Assembly: GCA_050084515.1 (NCBI GenBank)
Contig: CM114271.1
Coordinates: 21,204,001 to 21,268,000 of the forward strand
Reading direction: 5' to 3'
DNA: 64,000 nucleotides
Source of the DNA: Blasia pusilla
Lineage: Eukaryota
The notes under the pieces are model-generated. The model ran no database searches. It had not been told where the DNA came from and saw only the letters and a list, made by a program, of their open reading frames with translations. The position numbers and the translations under genes are program-made. This document shows, one piece after another, positions 1 to 14,265 of the stretch. The stretch's first letter is position 1, and each line of letters begins with the position of its first letter.

Positions 1-956
1 CTTTACCTCATGAAAAGTGTCACAACCTTGAATGAAGTCCCGCGTGTCACCCAACAATATTTGTGTTTCTCTTAAGCTTATCGAGAGTTTGGTATAAGAA
101 AGTCATTATCTCCATCGCATGAAAAATACATGGTCAACCACTTTGAATGAATCGAATGGTAATATCAATGTCCCTGTCCTTATTTTTGGTGCCGACTTTG
201 GTAGGGTGGAGTGATTATCTTCACCCCATGAAGAGCACCCGAACTTAGAATAATCCGTTGGTTAATCTTTGGATTTGCTTTGTATTCGCTCAAAAAAGAG
301 AAAATTGAGAAAATAGTTTTGTGATGGCCTATTATATTCACGTCGAGGAATTTACCAAAACTTTAAATGCACTCTATTGAGTGTTACCAATCAATATTTG
401 TGGTTCTTAAAGAGTTTAGCTTTTGGTGTAATGGAGCGGAGATTTAGGCTCCAACGTCCAATCAAAATGGACTATCAACTACCACAGCCTCATAAAGACG
501 CCTTTCGCTAGATAAGAAAGTGTTTACCACTCTCATGCATCCTTTGGGCCCAACAATTGGTCGTCGACAACACCCTTTGTAGTTAGTGATTGGAGGGCTA
601 GTTTCTCCAACGCCTTACGGCATTGCAAAACCCCATCCGCTTGACGATGAATCTTTTCTCCTATCTAAGTGGTCACCTATGGAGTTTCCTCGTTGCAAGT
701 CCTTCAATCAACGAGGAGTGAAATCCCATTAGAAGAGCTCCTCACATAACATGGCTCCAAATACTACTCACAAAGAGTGGCTTTAACTCCAGCTCGTCTC
801 CACCATCACTACTACTACCCAGTCTCTTCAAAACGTTCAATATTTAGTCTTTTAAATTTAGATGAAAATCATCCCACATGGACCACATGGACCCCTAGTC
901 ACATCCAAAACTTTCATATTTCAAGTCTTGGACTCTCTCTATCTATCTCTCTCTCT

Positions 957-1400
957 AAACTATGGGATGGGAAAACAGCTAAACTCTTGCGCCTTGTGTG
1001 ACGATGGGGATGAAATCTCTGGTCATTACTATGTCTCCTGCACAAAATTCACAACACACAGAGCAAGAGCATATGCTGATATTGCTAAGCTGGTAACACC
1101 AGAATTGTTCAACACATTCAGTAGCCTTGATTCATTGCCCAAAGCTGCTGCACTGGTAAGTAAGGGATCCCCATCAGGTAAAGTAGATGGTGTGGTGAAG
1201 AGTTTCTTGGTTGACACTTGGAAGCTCCGCACAAACACGTTGTTTGGTCAGCACTCACACTGTATGAGAGTGTCTCCCTCCTCTCACATGGTACCTTCTT
1301 CACTTGCTTCTCTCTCTACACCCATCCCAGTCTCAAGCACCGTCCAACCAGGGCACGGGGTCATGGTCGCAAGGCTATGACAGGCACTACTTAATGAGTA
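957..1400 (+). mobile_element. 5'-truncated non-LTR retrotransposon (L1/Tx1-like) 3' end with CCHC zinc-binding tail
   Basis: Translation CALCDDGDEISGHYYVSC...DTWKLR fits the C-terminal CxxC..E...H....C / W..R pattern of LINE ORF2. Stop at 1380. Preceded by a CT-rich microsatellite (931-956) and followed by CT repeats. Confidence 0.6.
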
Positions 1401-1550
1401 CAGTCTCTCGCTCTCTCTTCAAGCACCGTCCAACCAGAGCCTGGGGTCTATGGTCGCAAGGCTACCACAGGCACTACTTAATGAGTAGAGTCTCTCTCTC
1501 TCTCTCTCGCACGGGATACTGCGACTGGCACTACTTAATGAGTCCAGTCT
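1334..1550 (+). repeat. Tandem copies of the LINE 3'-terminal unit separated by (CT)n
   Basis: caagcaccgtccaacc...ggtcgcaaggct...caggcactacttaatgagt at about 1334-1399 and 1420-1486; a shorter ggcactacttaatgagt copy at about 1527-1543. Confidence 0.85.
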
Positions 1551-2462
1551 CACTCGGGATACTGGCATCATAAGTCAGGATATGTGAGTTACATGTATGA
1601 CGAGATTGGCTCCTCATGAAATAGAAAATGCAAAGTTCATGTGGTTATATACATCCAAACCAAATCGGTGAAAGATGTGCGCATCGCAATGGCAATTGAG
1701 TGATGGCAATTACCTCAAAAGAAGGAAATCTCTGCAAGTCACAATATGTAAATGATGCAAATGATATGAGTGGACCTCAAAATAGGTCGTTTTGTGGGTG
1801 CTGGCATATCCCTAAAAAATTGCAACCTTGCCACAACCGCTGTTGGAGAGGCAGATCGACACGACACGAATGAATGGGATACAAGAATTGAATACATCAT
1901 CAGTCGAGATAAGAAACAACACCTTGTTCATGACACAGTCCATGAGACAGTAGCAAAGACTTGTGATCCAATCTTAGAATTGATGAGTGTGCCAAAGTTT
2001 TAGTAGTCTGCAAAGTCAATTCAGACAGCCATAGTAGTCCTTCCACTAACGTCACATTTCTAGTGCTCGAGTGGAAAAGAGCGTTGGACTTTCAAGGGAA
2101 AACAATGGCAGTTTAACCACATTCACTGAGATGTTGAACTCGAATCTTAAGGGGAAGAAACCAGCATCCATGGATAAAGGGGAAACGCAACAACCTAAAG
2201 ATATGCAGCTACCCAACCAATCGGGTCATTTCGACCAGATCCCCATCTCATCATGTAGAGAAGAACATGCAATCAACAACTAGACAGAAAGCTCGTAGGC
2301 CGTGGCAGGAAAATCTCCAGCACTGCAATATAATCATTTCCTCGGCACGGAACTTAGTTTGACAAAAACATTTCTTGACATTTCTTGCTCCACTATGTGT
2401 AACTTTTTGGTATGTTTTGTGAACATACCAAAAAAGCTAAATTAGCAGACGGCAGTAGAACA

Positions 2463-5400
2463 CTAAGAGTGAGGAGGACCGGCTCCATGAGGATGAGGAG
2501 GTACACCCATTGCCATTCCCATGACCAATCCCACATTCATTCCATGTCCCCGAATGTCCATCATGTTTGGTGGCGCGCTTCCCTATCAAGCAATGAATGG
2601 CAGTGAAACCCATGTCAGAAAATGTAGCTCAGTCCCTCCACTAGAGTGAACATAACTCATAAATCTCCATCCCCATGGTCCTCAAACTTCCATAAACCCA
2701 CCTACTTACAGCAATGGAAGACAGTTTAAGAACTTATAGGGGTTTTTAAACTGGAAGTTGAAAAATCCCTGCTCCACAGATAAGTGGAGCTGCCAAGGGA
2801 GAACTGTTGAGTTAGCCTACTCTACTATTTCTCATTTTAGTGACCAGAACATGGAGCGGTGGTATCAATCATACGAGAAACATAGATTCTACAGTCTATA
2901 GTAAACAAGCGAGTATCAAGCAACTGATCACATACTCATGTCTTGCATGAAGTTGTATCTAGCTGCACTACTAACTCACCTCACTGTAGAGCTGAAGGGG
3001 TTTTATTTCTATGGAAAGAGTTGAATGGTGAACTCTCACTAAAACTTGAAACATGAAGTGCCATCACCTCACTTTGGAGAATACACTCAAGTTGACTACA
3101 AGTGGGATCACTTTCGTCAAAAATATCATTCAACCTGACTGCTCATTAAAACGAATTCATATCTCATATCTTGACTCCCTTGACCACCACCTTGATATTC
3201 ATTCCCCTCTTTGGGTTTTGAATCTCCGAGAACAATGTGATACACAAAATCATTCTTCAACACCCCAAGACCTTTATTGAACTACTCCGTCATAGACCAG
3301 ATGAAATTGTCTTTTGATAATTCACCAACGAGCCTGCAAGTGTATGCTCCACTTATAAAATGTCAACAGTCAGTTCATTTATCCAGAATAAGGATCTACC
3401 TGGAATGTGTTGGAGACTGGAGCACCAACCATAGGAGCTTGCAAAGGCTGTGCTACAGAGGCCCCAAAGGCTGCAGAAACACTTGGGACAGCTATTCCAG
3501 GGGGTCGAGGTGGCACAGCCCCAAAAGGTGCTCCAGAACCCAAGCCCGTCTGCACACCTCCTACATTGGGTCCTGAGTGCATTTGTGGTTGTCCCATGGA
3601 AGGTGATGGACCCATTATCTGTCTCATGGGTGGTGGAGCCTGAGCAAAAGGACCAGTATTTGGCATAGGTGTTTGATTTAGTCCTGAGGCACCGGAGGGC
3701 ATCGAAAGCACGTTTTGTTGCATCAAATGCGGGGGCAAGCCGGGAGGTTGCTGAGGAAAGTTGGACACCACTGGTAAAGCTTGTGTGGGAAAACCATGAA
3801 GAGATTGCTGCAGATGTTGCTGTGACTGCTGCTGCTGCTGCATTTGCTGGTGTAGCTGCTGTTGCTGCTGCTGTTGTTGCTGCTGCTGTAAGCTGGATTG
3901 AGCTGCAGAAGGATAGGGAGTGTTGGGAGGTGGAGGGGGAGGAGGAGTATTGGAAGTCATGCCACCTAGAACTGCTTGAAGCACTGGTGCTGCTACAACC
4001 GTGTCTACTGGGACTTGGGGCATCGGCATGGCCATGCCAACACCAGGAATGGATCCCTCACCCCGATTTGGTCCTCCCCCCCCAGTGAATACCCCAGGTG
4101 TCATTGATCCATCTGTTGCTATCGCATTCGAAGTGGTCCGGCCACCAGATGAAGCTTGGAGGTCACTTGGATTTCCTGGTCAGAGCAAAAGTTTGTTGGA
4201 AATTAGTGAGCAGGCTGACATGCATTTAACACATTATCATGCAGGTCTACAAGAACTCTTGTGATGCACACTCACAGGAAATATTCCTGTATCACGTTAA
4301 TCTTGTCCATGAGACATATCAAGTTCGTAGACACCACCCTGTTCAAAATGGTCCATCAGCAGACTACAAATTCCCATCCAAGCAAAACCACCTCCTGGTT
4401 GGCAACCCCAGATGGATCCGGGTCACAGAACTCAATCCATGTGAGCTCAATAGCAACCCAGGAATGGAGCATCCACACAAGTCTCACCGAACAGTCACGG
4501 CTTCAGGAGATGCCCCCTTTCAGGAATCATCTTCCACTGACCTGTATGAATGCTTTACCAGTCCTGATATATCAAGGACCAGTTCTCCATTGGGACCGTT
4601 GCTTATCAGATTTATACTAGTCATTACACAATGTCTAGTTTCACACTGACATTCTTACAAGTCGACTTTGTTGCAATCAGGATACTGATAGAAAAACATG
4701 AACCGTGAAGCCTTTCATCTCCAGAATAAATATGCAAAATGCAGCTGGCACACAATACATCGGAAACCTCTTACCTTGAGTGTGAGGGATGGTCTGCCTG
4801 CAGTCTCGAAGTGAATCTCCGGGACGATTGCGGCACCAAAACTTTGTTGTGTGGTCATTGCTTCCACTGCAATGACACAAATAGTACCAGAAATCTCAAC
4901 CCTCGCTGCAAACTAAGAAAATTAAAACCAACTTGAAATAGTCCCACAAGCACAGTTTAGATCAGGATATATAGATCCCCATAGCTCCTTCAAAAACGAT
5001 ATCTTAATGAAAATTGCTGCTGCGAATGGAAAGAACAAATCGACATCTCTCCAAAAAGCATTAAGTACCAGCTCTTTATGTACCTGCAAAGTATATGTCC
5101 CATTGGGTGCCACGCCAAGTCCCAAACACTGCTTTCATGAGCGTTAGCAACCTCAGCTTGAGGAACCTCATGCCTGGAACATGGCAGAAAATAGCATAGT
5201 TTGATAATGAGTGCGTATGTCCTTAGACCCACACCCCAAGAAAATGATGGCCATAGTACCAGAGGTTCAATTACCCTTTCTTACTGTTCTTAGGCCAGTT
5301 GGATATGTGCTTACTACCTGACTTGCTCACCCCTCCACAGTACGAATAGATGGTATTCAATTCAAGTACCCTTAACTTTGGAAAGGCAACCAAGAAAATG

Positions 5401-8400
5401 TACATTAGATAGTTACAAGAGGACTTCGGTCAGTACCCAACAAGCCAGTGAATGATGCTCCCGTCATAGCTGCCACTGACAAAGAGTTCCTCATGAAAGG
5501 GATGCCATGCCAAGGCTGCCAAAAACCACAACTATGTTAGTCAAGGGGCTTCATGCCTACAGACACAATGAACACGTTCCTGTTGTACCAAGTTAGGAAG
5601 TCCAGAATTGAAAAGTATCAAAAGGGAGTAAAATAAGCACAACTATGAAGGCAGTGGTACCCACATGTGACCTCCTTCCGATGTCCTCTATAAGACTCCA
5701 GTTCTTTCAAAGTCCGAATGTCATATAGCTGCATGGACACGTGTAACAGGTCGATGAATGTTGCTTTAGTACACCCTACACAAGTAATCCACCAAAAAAA
5801 AAACCTGTGATCTTGACCTACTGAACAATTGTAAGGAGTAGTTACCTTAATAGTCTGATCACGGGAAGCAGTGATAACCCAGTTTCCATTACTATTCCAC
5901 TTAACTGAGAGAACTGTGTTTTTGTGTCCGTGTCTGCAAGGCAACAGTCATGTGAGCAGAATTCTAATGAATGGTTTTTAGTCACTGATATTTGCAGCCG
6001 TTTCAATCACCCATTTGGTCCATGCCATCAAATGAACTATACAATCTGCTGTGAATTTGTTCTATCTTGAATTGGAACATGTACACTGACCAACAAATCC
6101 CACGACAAACAGAACAACACAGGCAGTCAGTTACTCACAATGTGCTGAGTTCACGTCCTGTTTTTGCATCCCATAGCTTTACCAGATTATCCTTTGCTCC
6201 TACAGTAGCCCAAACCACAAAGAGTTACCCATCAATTCGAATTCAGCTGCCATGGTCATGCACCAAAGAAGAACCACAAGGATCAGCTTGGAGGTTACCT
6301 GACACAAGCAGAGACTTTTGAGGATGCCAATCAACACTCTTCACATCCCAGCCATGGCCTGCCCGATTGAAAAAGCACATCCACGACCCTTGTCAATTTC
6401 CGTCTGCAGCTCGTGAACATTCTCCCTGTCCAGTTTGCCCTCACTGCACACGGGTACATCATATGAGCATGTAAGGTCTCTCCAGACCCTACAAAACTCC
6501 CTCTCCCTTATCACTATCTCTACCATTGATGGATAAAAGGCTATCATTTACATTGATTGACAAGTATCCCTTTCCCACCAGCAACCAAGCATTGAGCACA
6601 AATTCAATGGCTTGTCGTTGTGCCCTGAAGGAAAATGATCCACGCCTTCTTTCATGCCTTTAGGGCTGGCTCAATGGAGCTATAAATGCAGACTTTCACC
6701 CAAGAGACTGGGAGTCCCCACACAGCTCCAACAACTGGATTTAGACCAGAGTTTGAAGCATTGAAAATTTGCAGTAACATTATCCCCATAGTTCTCTGAA
6801 ACGCTTTCAAAGGTAGTCCCAGTACAAATCTGGAACACCGTGTGATATCATCATCATTCCTGCTCTCATATCCCCATCCAACCTTTTGAGTTTTGTTTAG
6901 TACAAATAGGGTCTGGGATCCAAGGCCAAGGGGCTATAGCAGGAAGAAAGAGTTCTGGAGCTTTGCCCTGCTTCCAATGTCAGATTAACTCTTCAGAATC
7001 TTCAATTCTGCACCTCCAAATTGAACATGAAGGGTAACTTGAGGTTGAATTGCACTGTACCACGAATGATCCCAAGCAGATGAGAATAACACTCTGAGAT
7101 GGACGTATTTGAGACAACTTTCTATGTCTGAAGACAGTTTTAATTTAAGCTGGCTACAAGTTTTGATATTCATTTGGTTGAGGATGGCATAGATAGGCTC
7201 TGGTTGTGTCTGTTCACCCCGGTTTATGTTCCTCCCTTTTCTATTGGCAACCCATGAGAAAAGGATTCTCACCCATTCACTCGTCTTTAACTCCTTTAAG
7301 CATCCTGGATCATTATTTTACTACTGCTTTGGCCCACAATGCATCCACCAAAGAAAGGTCACTGTTTAAGAGTGAAACAGCGAAGGAAAATGCCAGTTCC
7401 AAAGCTATAACCGTACATTCAATTGGATCTCTTGGCCTTTCAAACAAAGCCTCCATTTTGTGGTGTAGCCCAAATAGAGCGTGATAGGAGAAAAGTTCTA
7501 AAACATGAACCTCAGTACAATATAATCTCTAAATAAAATATCCCTTGGGTTGAGCAGAAAAAACCAATCTGACCCAGATGCCTACAGTAGATTCCTCAAC
7601 ATAATCATTCTGAGTTTCTCAATTCCAAGTGACTTTTCTTGTTCCAATTTGTGCATGAAGACTTACTTTCATCTGCTATTGGCTGCAGTTGTCCAAACAA
7701 AGACTGTGAATCCTAAACTAAACACTTCAGAAGATAACAGACTCAAAAAAGAAGGCGAGGAATTGTATCATACCAGCTAGTGATCGTTCCTCTTGACAGC
7801 GTGCAAAGTCCCACACTTTGACAGTTGTGTCGTCAGAACACGAACAAAACTTCAGGTCTGTGCTGGAGAAACTGGAAATTAACCCACAGATTATGGTAAA
7901 ATAAGTGCTTCAAGTCTTTGAAAGTAATCAGAATTGTTAGGCAAACACAGATTACATGTTTGTAATCTGTGTTTGCCTTCCGCAAAACACAGATTAAGAT
8001 CTTCCGCAAAATCAAAATAAAATTATCTTTAGCCATGCTCCATTGCCACTTTTGGCAGACCTGAAGCTCTCATCTCTTAAACAAGGACCTACTATATTAC
8101 ATGACTAAGCATAATCCAACACAAGAACAAATAGACAAAACTATTACCAAATATGTGAATGCGTCTTAGAGAATTTGATTGTGTGCCCTGGATCAAAATC
8201 TCTGACACGGTCAAAAAGTTGAGAGCTCATACCTCAAGTCCCGCACCGCCTCCTTATGGGCCGTCTTGTTGGCCTTCACATTATTCATATTCGTCTGCCA
8301 GTACCTACAGAACAAGAAGATAGTGTTATAACCAGTAGCACTTCAAGGAGAAAGCATCAGGAACCTATCACCAAGAAAGCTCCTGTTTCCTTAAACGCGC

Positions 8401-11400
8401 TCTCTTCAGTAAACTGCACACTCACTTGATGCAGCCACCATCATCTCCTGTCACCATCCAGTTTTCATTGTGACTCCAGACCATTGATCTGACTGCCAGA
8501 TCATGTGCCTGCAACTCAGTCTAAAGGTTTCAGTAGAAGCCAGCAAAAGCCTCATATCCTTAACGAAACACAAACACAATCTGCATACAAGGGTAAGGAT
8601 CATGAACTACCACACTTAAATCACGCGCTTGCAATGTTGCTCATGCGATACCCTATTATTCCAGGACGCCCATACAGCAAATTGGAATGGCACATTCAAA
8701 TAGTCACTACATGGAAAAACTAACCTGATTTTCCATGATTTACGGAAGAAGCTACTCCGACCAGTGAGTACCACAAGCAAACTTATGTGACAACCAACCA
8801 GAGGATTCACACTAGCATGCTACTCCAAGAAAAGGAATGCACCGGCATTATCACCTCAAAATTGAATGACTTTTCTACCGACCAGAAAACCTACTCCAGG
8901 AAAAGCAATACACACATACCTGCAAAATCATTTCAAAATTGAAAGAAAGGCCATTCCACAAAGTGAATTCTCCACTTTGTGATCCTGTAATGAGCCTTCG
9001 TCCCGTAGGAGTCCACTGCAAAAGTTATGAGAACCAGATAAGAAACTCACAGCATTACCAGAGTGGAACCAGGAAAAATAAGGAGCCACAAATAGTTTAC
9101 CAAGTGATGATGAACTACCACTTCCACTTACCAGTACTCTGTTGATGGAACATCGTACTTTGTTGGTGGAGGGATGGACAAATTTGGTTGCAAAACTGGT
9201 TGAAGGATTATCAGGATATGCTACCGCTGGTAGCAACTGCACAATCGCCAAAACAGGTCAAGATCACACACTTTTGCCTCATCTGGATGATACACTATCC
9301 ACTGGTTTTAGCTAAGGAGTGACACGATAGGCTTTGAGCTGTGAATCTAAAATGCAAAGATTTTGAGCTGTGCTCTTATTAAGTTTTAGGATCCCTTCAT
9401 CAAGGTCTGGTTGCTACATTTCAACACCTGAAACAGTGAATTACTTTTGACTTCACTGCCTCTTTTGGCTGTCAAATATCTTGCTTGATCTGGCATGCTC
9501 TGATCCCGCAAGTGTTGTAACTCCAAGTCCATGGGTCTCTTGTGTCCAGGTGGAAAATTAATTTGCTCATTCGCTTAATTTTTCACCATCACATACACCT
9601 CTCAGCATAAAGTCCTTCCTCCCAGGGAACCCAACCTCCATTTTCTACATTCCAATCACAACATACTGCCATGCACAGCCAAAGGGCCCCTTGCATCACC
9701 AGAAAGGAGCAAAAAGGAAGGCTGCTACCAGAAACACACCAACAAGACATGCAGAATCAGGTTATGTTGATGAAGTGATAATGTGAGTTATTCCTCATTG
9801 CCCACAAGAAAAACATCAGGCTTAGAAAATTACGCACATCCACAGCAGCGGCAGGTGTTGGCTGTAATATGTGGGCATCACGGACGTCTCGCTGCCACAT
9901 GCGTACCTGTACCATCCTCTTATTAGTAGAAGCTCCTGAGTCAATAACATCTACCCAAGAATCACTGAGAATCTATTCCTGTTGTAACAACCTGCTGAAG
10001 CAATGACTCTTCCATGACTGCACCGCTTGTGCTAAGGCAAGGGAAATTAGCACTGAGCAAAAGCTTCAGCAAATGTGTGCCGGATTACACCTGAAGGTAC
10101 CGCACCACAGTGGAACTGTAATCAACTGTTCTCCGATGGACTGGCTTCCGCATTCGCTTTCCTGAAGAACAGCAGAAATTTGATTATCAGCTCTATTACT
10201 TGAGAGCACTAAAACTGAGACTGACACTCCGAGTGATTCATTCAAAAATGATAAATGCACAGAACATCTGTTGGGCAGACCACATGCTCTCAGGCATGAT
10301 CCAGACCTTAACTATTCACTTATTGATCCATATTTGTTAAGTACTTGACAGAATAGAGTATCCAAAACCAAACAACATTCACCACTTGATCGAGCATTCA
10401 CAGAGGAACATTGGACCCAGATGTCATGACATGCAAGGATAGTTCGCCTGAACATCTGTAGGTGGGAGCACTGTATGATCTGGAAAATACCCCTATACAC
10501 CTTCTGAAGAAATTAAAAAAAACTACTTGAAATTCCCTTCACCACTAGGTAGGGTTCCAAGTATAAGTCCAATCATCAATCAATTTGCAACATTGTAGGG
10601 TGGATCCAGTGAAAGAAAATTCAGACCACGGGCTCTCTTCCATGGAGTGGAATGAGAGCTCTCTTCCGACACAGCTATGCTCTATGCAAACCCTGCCTCC
10701 CTCGATGGATGAGGACTACCATTTGATGCACGCAAGAGATGATAGATTCAAAGGAGGGTAAAACCTGAGGTTCGAAGAAGTGTGTGAACGGAAGAGAGAT
10801 GAAACTCAAACCTGTGGATTGACTGAACTCAGAGAGCATGCCCAAAGTACTTTTCAGTACGGCAGAAGGGCAGGCATGCGACTGGACACGACTTCGTGGG
10901 AGACGAGTGCCGGTCCGAATAGACTCCATGCAAACTTGTGCAATTTACCGCTGAGGCAGATTAAACCAGGAACCCACCTTCCAAAAAGGTCCAGCGTCGT
11001 GAAACGCAACCTCACTCACGAGTCACAAGAAGGAAAAGAAGAAGAAGAAGAAGAAGACTGGACCAACTCCGGAAGGTTAAAGTGGAGAGTGGAGAGGCTC
11101 AAGCAGCAGCAAAACCCATGCAGGCGAATTGGGGCCAAGAGATGCTGTGAAGGAAACGTACCAGCGCAGGCAGAGGACGAAGATTGGACGAAATTTCAGA
11201 AGGTTAGAATGAGAGAGGAGGGGTAGGGAAAGGGTCAATCAGCTCGACAAACTATGTCAGCGAATTGTGGGTAACAGATACTACGGATGAAATGCAGCAG
11301 CAGGAGCGGAAGACATAGACGAACGTTAGAGTGGAGAGGAAAGGAGTAGGGATAGGGATAGGGTAAGACAGATGGAAGACCAATGTCGACGAATTGTTGG

Positions 11401-11576
11401 TAAGAGATGCTGTGTAGAAAATGCACCAGCTTACCATCGAATATGACGTTGGGGCGGGAACCGAATTCGGAAGACTGAGGGGCAGTGTTCGCAGTGCCAG
11501 GACGGTTGCTATACTCGTGGCTCTGGCTCTGCAGGTTCCCCTGCATCTGGTTGCCTTCCCCATACATTCGCTCCAT
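2463..11576 (-). CDS. FY: FY / WDR33 / Pfs2 WD40 polyadenylation factor (CPSF subunit), about 721 aa, 17 coding exons
   Basis: Exons with GT-AG boundaries and consistent phases: 11576-11435, 10161-10091, 9906-9838, 9236-9132, 9015-8920, 8508-8426, 8304-8233, 7871-7774, 6358-6299, 6199-6139, 5933-5846, 5728-5665, 5515-5437, 5173-5084, 4866-4775, 4175-3400, 2582-2463 (2166 nt). Spliced protein: [91 protein letters not shown], then a Pro/Gln-rich tail. Confidence 0.96.
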
Positions 11577-11874
11577 GATCAACCACTATGCACTTTCATA
11601 ACGGCTCCATCTTCGTTTTCTGCACACACTCTCTATGATCTCTTATCATCATCATCATGACTGAAACGCTCCCCGCTCTATCGTGCTCCACTACAATCCA
11701 GGAAACCATCCTCTCAATCCAAACCTCGCCTGCCCTCAAAACCCACAGCTCAACGCGGAAAAGAACCGGAGACGCTTCAAAACATCATGCGCCATACAAT
11801 TGGTAGAACTCTCCTCTCGATCCCAACTTCACAGTGCCCTCCACTCCTAAACTTCCCACCCTTCCCTCCACGCG

Positions 11875-11880
<6 letters not shown>

Positions 11881-11924
<44 letters not shown>
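11881..11924. repeat. (CT/GA)n microsatellite in the FY 5' region
   Basis: About 22 perfect CT units; a second run at about 12080-12108. Candidate FY 5'-UTR intron from a donor near 12068 to an acceptor near 11586. Confidence 0.9.
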
Positions 11925-11928
<4 letters not shown>

Positions 11929-12076
11929 GCAAGCATTTCAAATCGAAGTCCCACAACCCCTTCGGAACCCGTGGACAGTCTCTTTCACTCACTTCAGCTA
12001 AGCTGACCTTGCAAGACGGAGGCAGAGGGTGAGACGAGGACGGTGTAGGACAGGCCAACTGCTGAAACCTGTCGTA

Positions 12077-12111
<35 letters not shown>

Positions 12112-13120
12112 GTAGGAGCTTCAAAATGCCCCCTCTCTGTGTCTCTCCTAGACCGCCTGATCGCTTGGAACAACAACGGTGACAGCAGCAGAAAATTCCT
12201 TCGGAGTCGAACGTTTCGAGATTCGCGGCATCATTCGCCAACTTAGCGTTCGTGGGCAGGGTTCGGGGAGTTTTCTCGCGGGACGCGGTCCATCGCCGGG
12301 AATGTCCAATCGGCAACGGTAATTCCGGATTTTGAACCGGTTTTGAGATACGAAATACAAAGGACCTTCTCGAATTCCAGCCGGTTTTCGTAGGCAACTT
12401 CAAAATCAATCGGGAATTCTCAACTTTAACCGGCTAGCAATATTCGTAACCCCGGATCTCCCCGTTCATTGTTCGTGGGAGCGACCAAAGAGTACTAAGT
12501 CCCAGTGCATTCATGAGCTTCTTCTTCTTCCTCTTTACTTTCGTTGTCTTGTTCCTCTTGTTTACGACGTTTGTTTCTTTGCTCATATCAAACCTAGACC
12601 TGGGACTTCCATTCCTTAGACTTCCCTTGTACGGCAGTGCGTGCCTTTTGGTCGTTGCAGCACCCAAGTTCGGCATGGCAGTTGTAGTTGGGTACGGAGG
12701 AAATTTTCTCACTATGGGAGTAGGAGACACCTGGAAAAATATGACGTCCCACAACCGAAGAGGATATTCGGTGACAGGATGGAGAAATTCTTAAGAGAGT
12801 ACAAGAGATGTTTTGGGGTGGGGGTGGAAGTCATAGGAAACATGTACGGTCATGGAGAGTGGAAATGGATTGATGTGTTGACTGAAAACGGACAGAAGAT
12901 TTTTGTGAACCGGAGACGAAAACATGGAAAATTTTGAGTGGAAACTTCCCTACAATTTTTGAAAATTTTGGATTTGGCCGTCCGAAGGAAAAAAGGATAG
13001 CAGCCATCTACGATTCGAGTCCCACGAGTGGCAATGCCTTTGCATGTGCTTGACAAGTGTCACTAAATGTCTCTCAAATACACTTTTGGTCACAATACTT
13101 GGTGACCTTGAAATATGAAT

Positions 13121-13334
13121 TACTGGTTACTACTCGTTAGGGATGGTGCGATGCTCGTTCCTATACATATACGCGCTCGGTCTTGAAATTATACATGTAT
13201 ATGCGCCGGGTTTGAAAAAAATGCCACGCGTCATATTTTGAAGATGTCGCCATTTCATAATTGCTCCTCAGATTATGGTATAGATTGTATAAGGATATGT
13301 GCATCCCACAATCCCTTACAAGCGATTACTAGTA
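13121..13334. mobile_element. Degenerate MITE-like element
   Basis: Imperfect terminal inverted repeats of about 34 bp: tactggttactactcgttagggatggtgcgatgc versus gcatcccacaatcccttacaagcgattactagta. No ORF. Confidence 0.4.
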
Positions 13335-13764
13335 ATACAGATGGAGAGATGCTATCCTAAACTAAAGAAGATGGGATAAGGTTATACTAAATTACTAATA
13401 ATTGAGAATAAAAATGTAATTCAAATTGATTACAACTCTAAGACATTGTTTTTACATATGTTATAGATCTCTTTTTTGTTGCCCATATTGTCATGTGTCA
13501 TATAACCAAGACATGAGTTTCGCCTCATATCATCCAACCAAGGTTTGGAAAAGTACGAACCCAATCTTGTGACTATGGTCTAAGTAATAAGTGAGTAAGG
13601 CAAGGCAAGACTTTGACCCTAACATAGGGGTGGATCCATTTAAGTAAGCAAAGAGAGACTTGACTTGGGACAATGCTATAGCTAAAGATAACTCATTTCT
13701 CCACTTGAGAAATGGGTAGTCAAGTCAAGTCTGCACGTTTGTATTATGCCTAGAGGGTCTCCAT

Positions 13765-14265
13765 TGTCTCATCTTTTAGGATAGATTGACAAGTTTTGAT
13801 AGAGCACCTTCAAGGATATTGGAGGACAACCTCAAGAGGTCGAGGATGACTTGCTTATGCCTTGGGTAACTTGAGCGAGCATGTTTCCCCTTCATTTCGG
13901 CTTATTTGGAGTAATATATAGAGAAGCTAATTTTTTCGGGTAACTTATCGTTAGAGGTAGAGTTTACTTTCCACTTTGGGAAGTCCCTATTAACCTCCTA
14001 CAGCATGTCAAGAGCCAAGGATGTGACCTGCGAGCATAGGTTACCATGGAGAGAGTTTGGGATAAAGAAGGGGCTATATCCAAGGAGAGAGAGCTTTGGA
14101 GCTCATTCTCTCTTTGTTAAACTTATTGGCATGAGGCGGAGAAGTTATGGTCCTCCTTACCTTATGAATAACCCAAGCCTCTCATTAGGAGAGTAGGTTT
14201 AGTTTGACATAAGTGAGAGAGAGAGAGATGAAGTTTGTGTGTATATTGTGAGACATTTGAGTGTT
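13765..14265 (+). repeat. Terminal repeat A (LTR-like), 5' copy
   Basis: Starts TGTCTC and aligns by eye with 22841-23335 and 56386-56870 (both start TGTCAC). Shared catagg ttacc/tatggagagag, gagctcattctctcttt and cattaggagagt...tttgaca. Confidence 0.85.

Noticed and set aside
1-860. Possible decayed transposon sequence
   Set aside because: No diagnostic motif recognised in any frame.
1334-1550. Spaced short repeats as a CRISPR array or hammerhead ribozymes (cttaatgag)
   Set aside because: Eukaryotic context, no unique spacers and no cas genes; the hammerhead CUGANGA/GAAA core is not present.
3379-4104. 241-aa Pro/Gln-rich ORF and opposite-strand Ala-rich ORFs as separate genes
   Set aside because: This is exon 16 of FY and its antisense shadow.
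11777-12960. ORFs of 100-210 aa upstream of FY
   Set aside because: Driven by GA/CT microsatellites and GC-rich leader or promoter sequence; no domain recognised. 12700-12900 may be a gag scrap but is unsupported.
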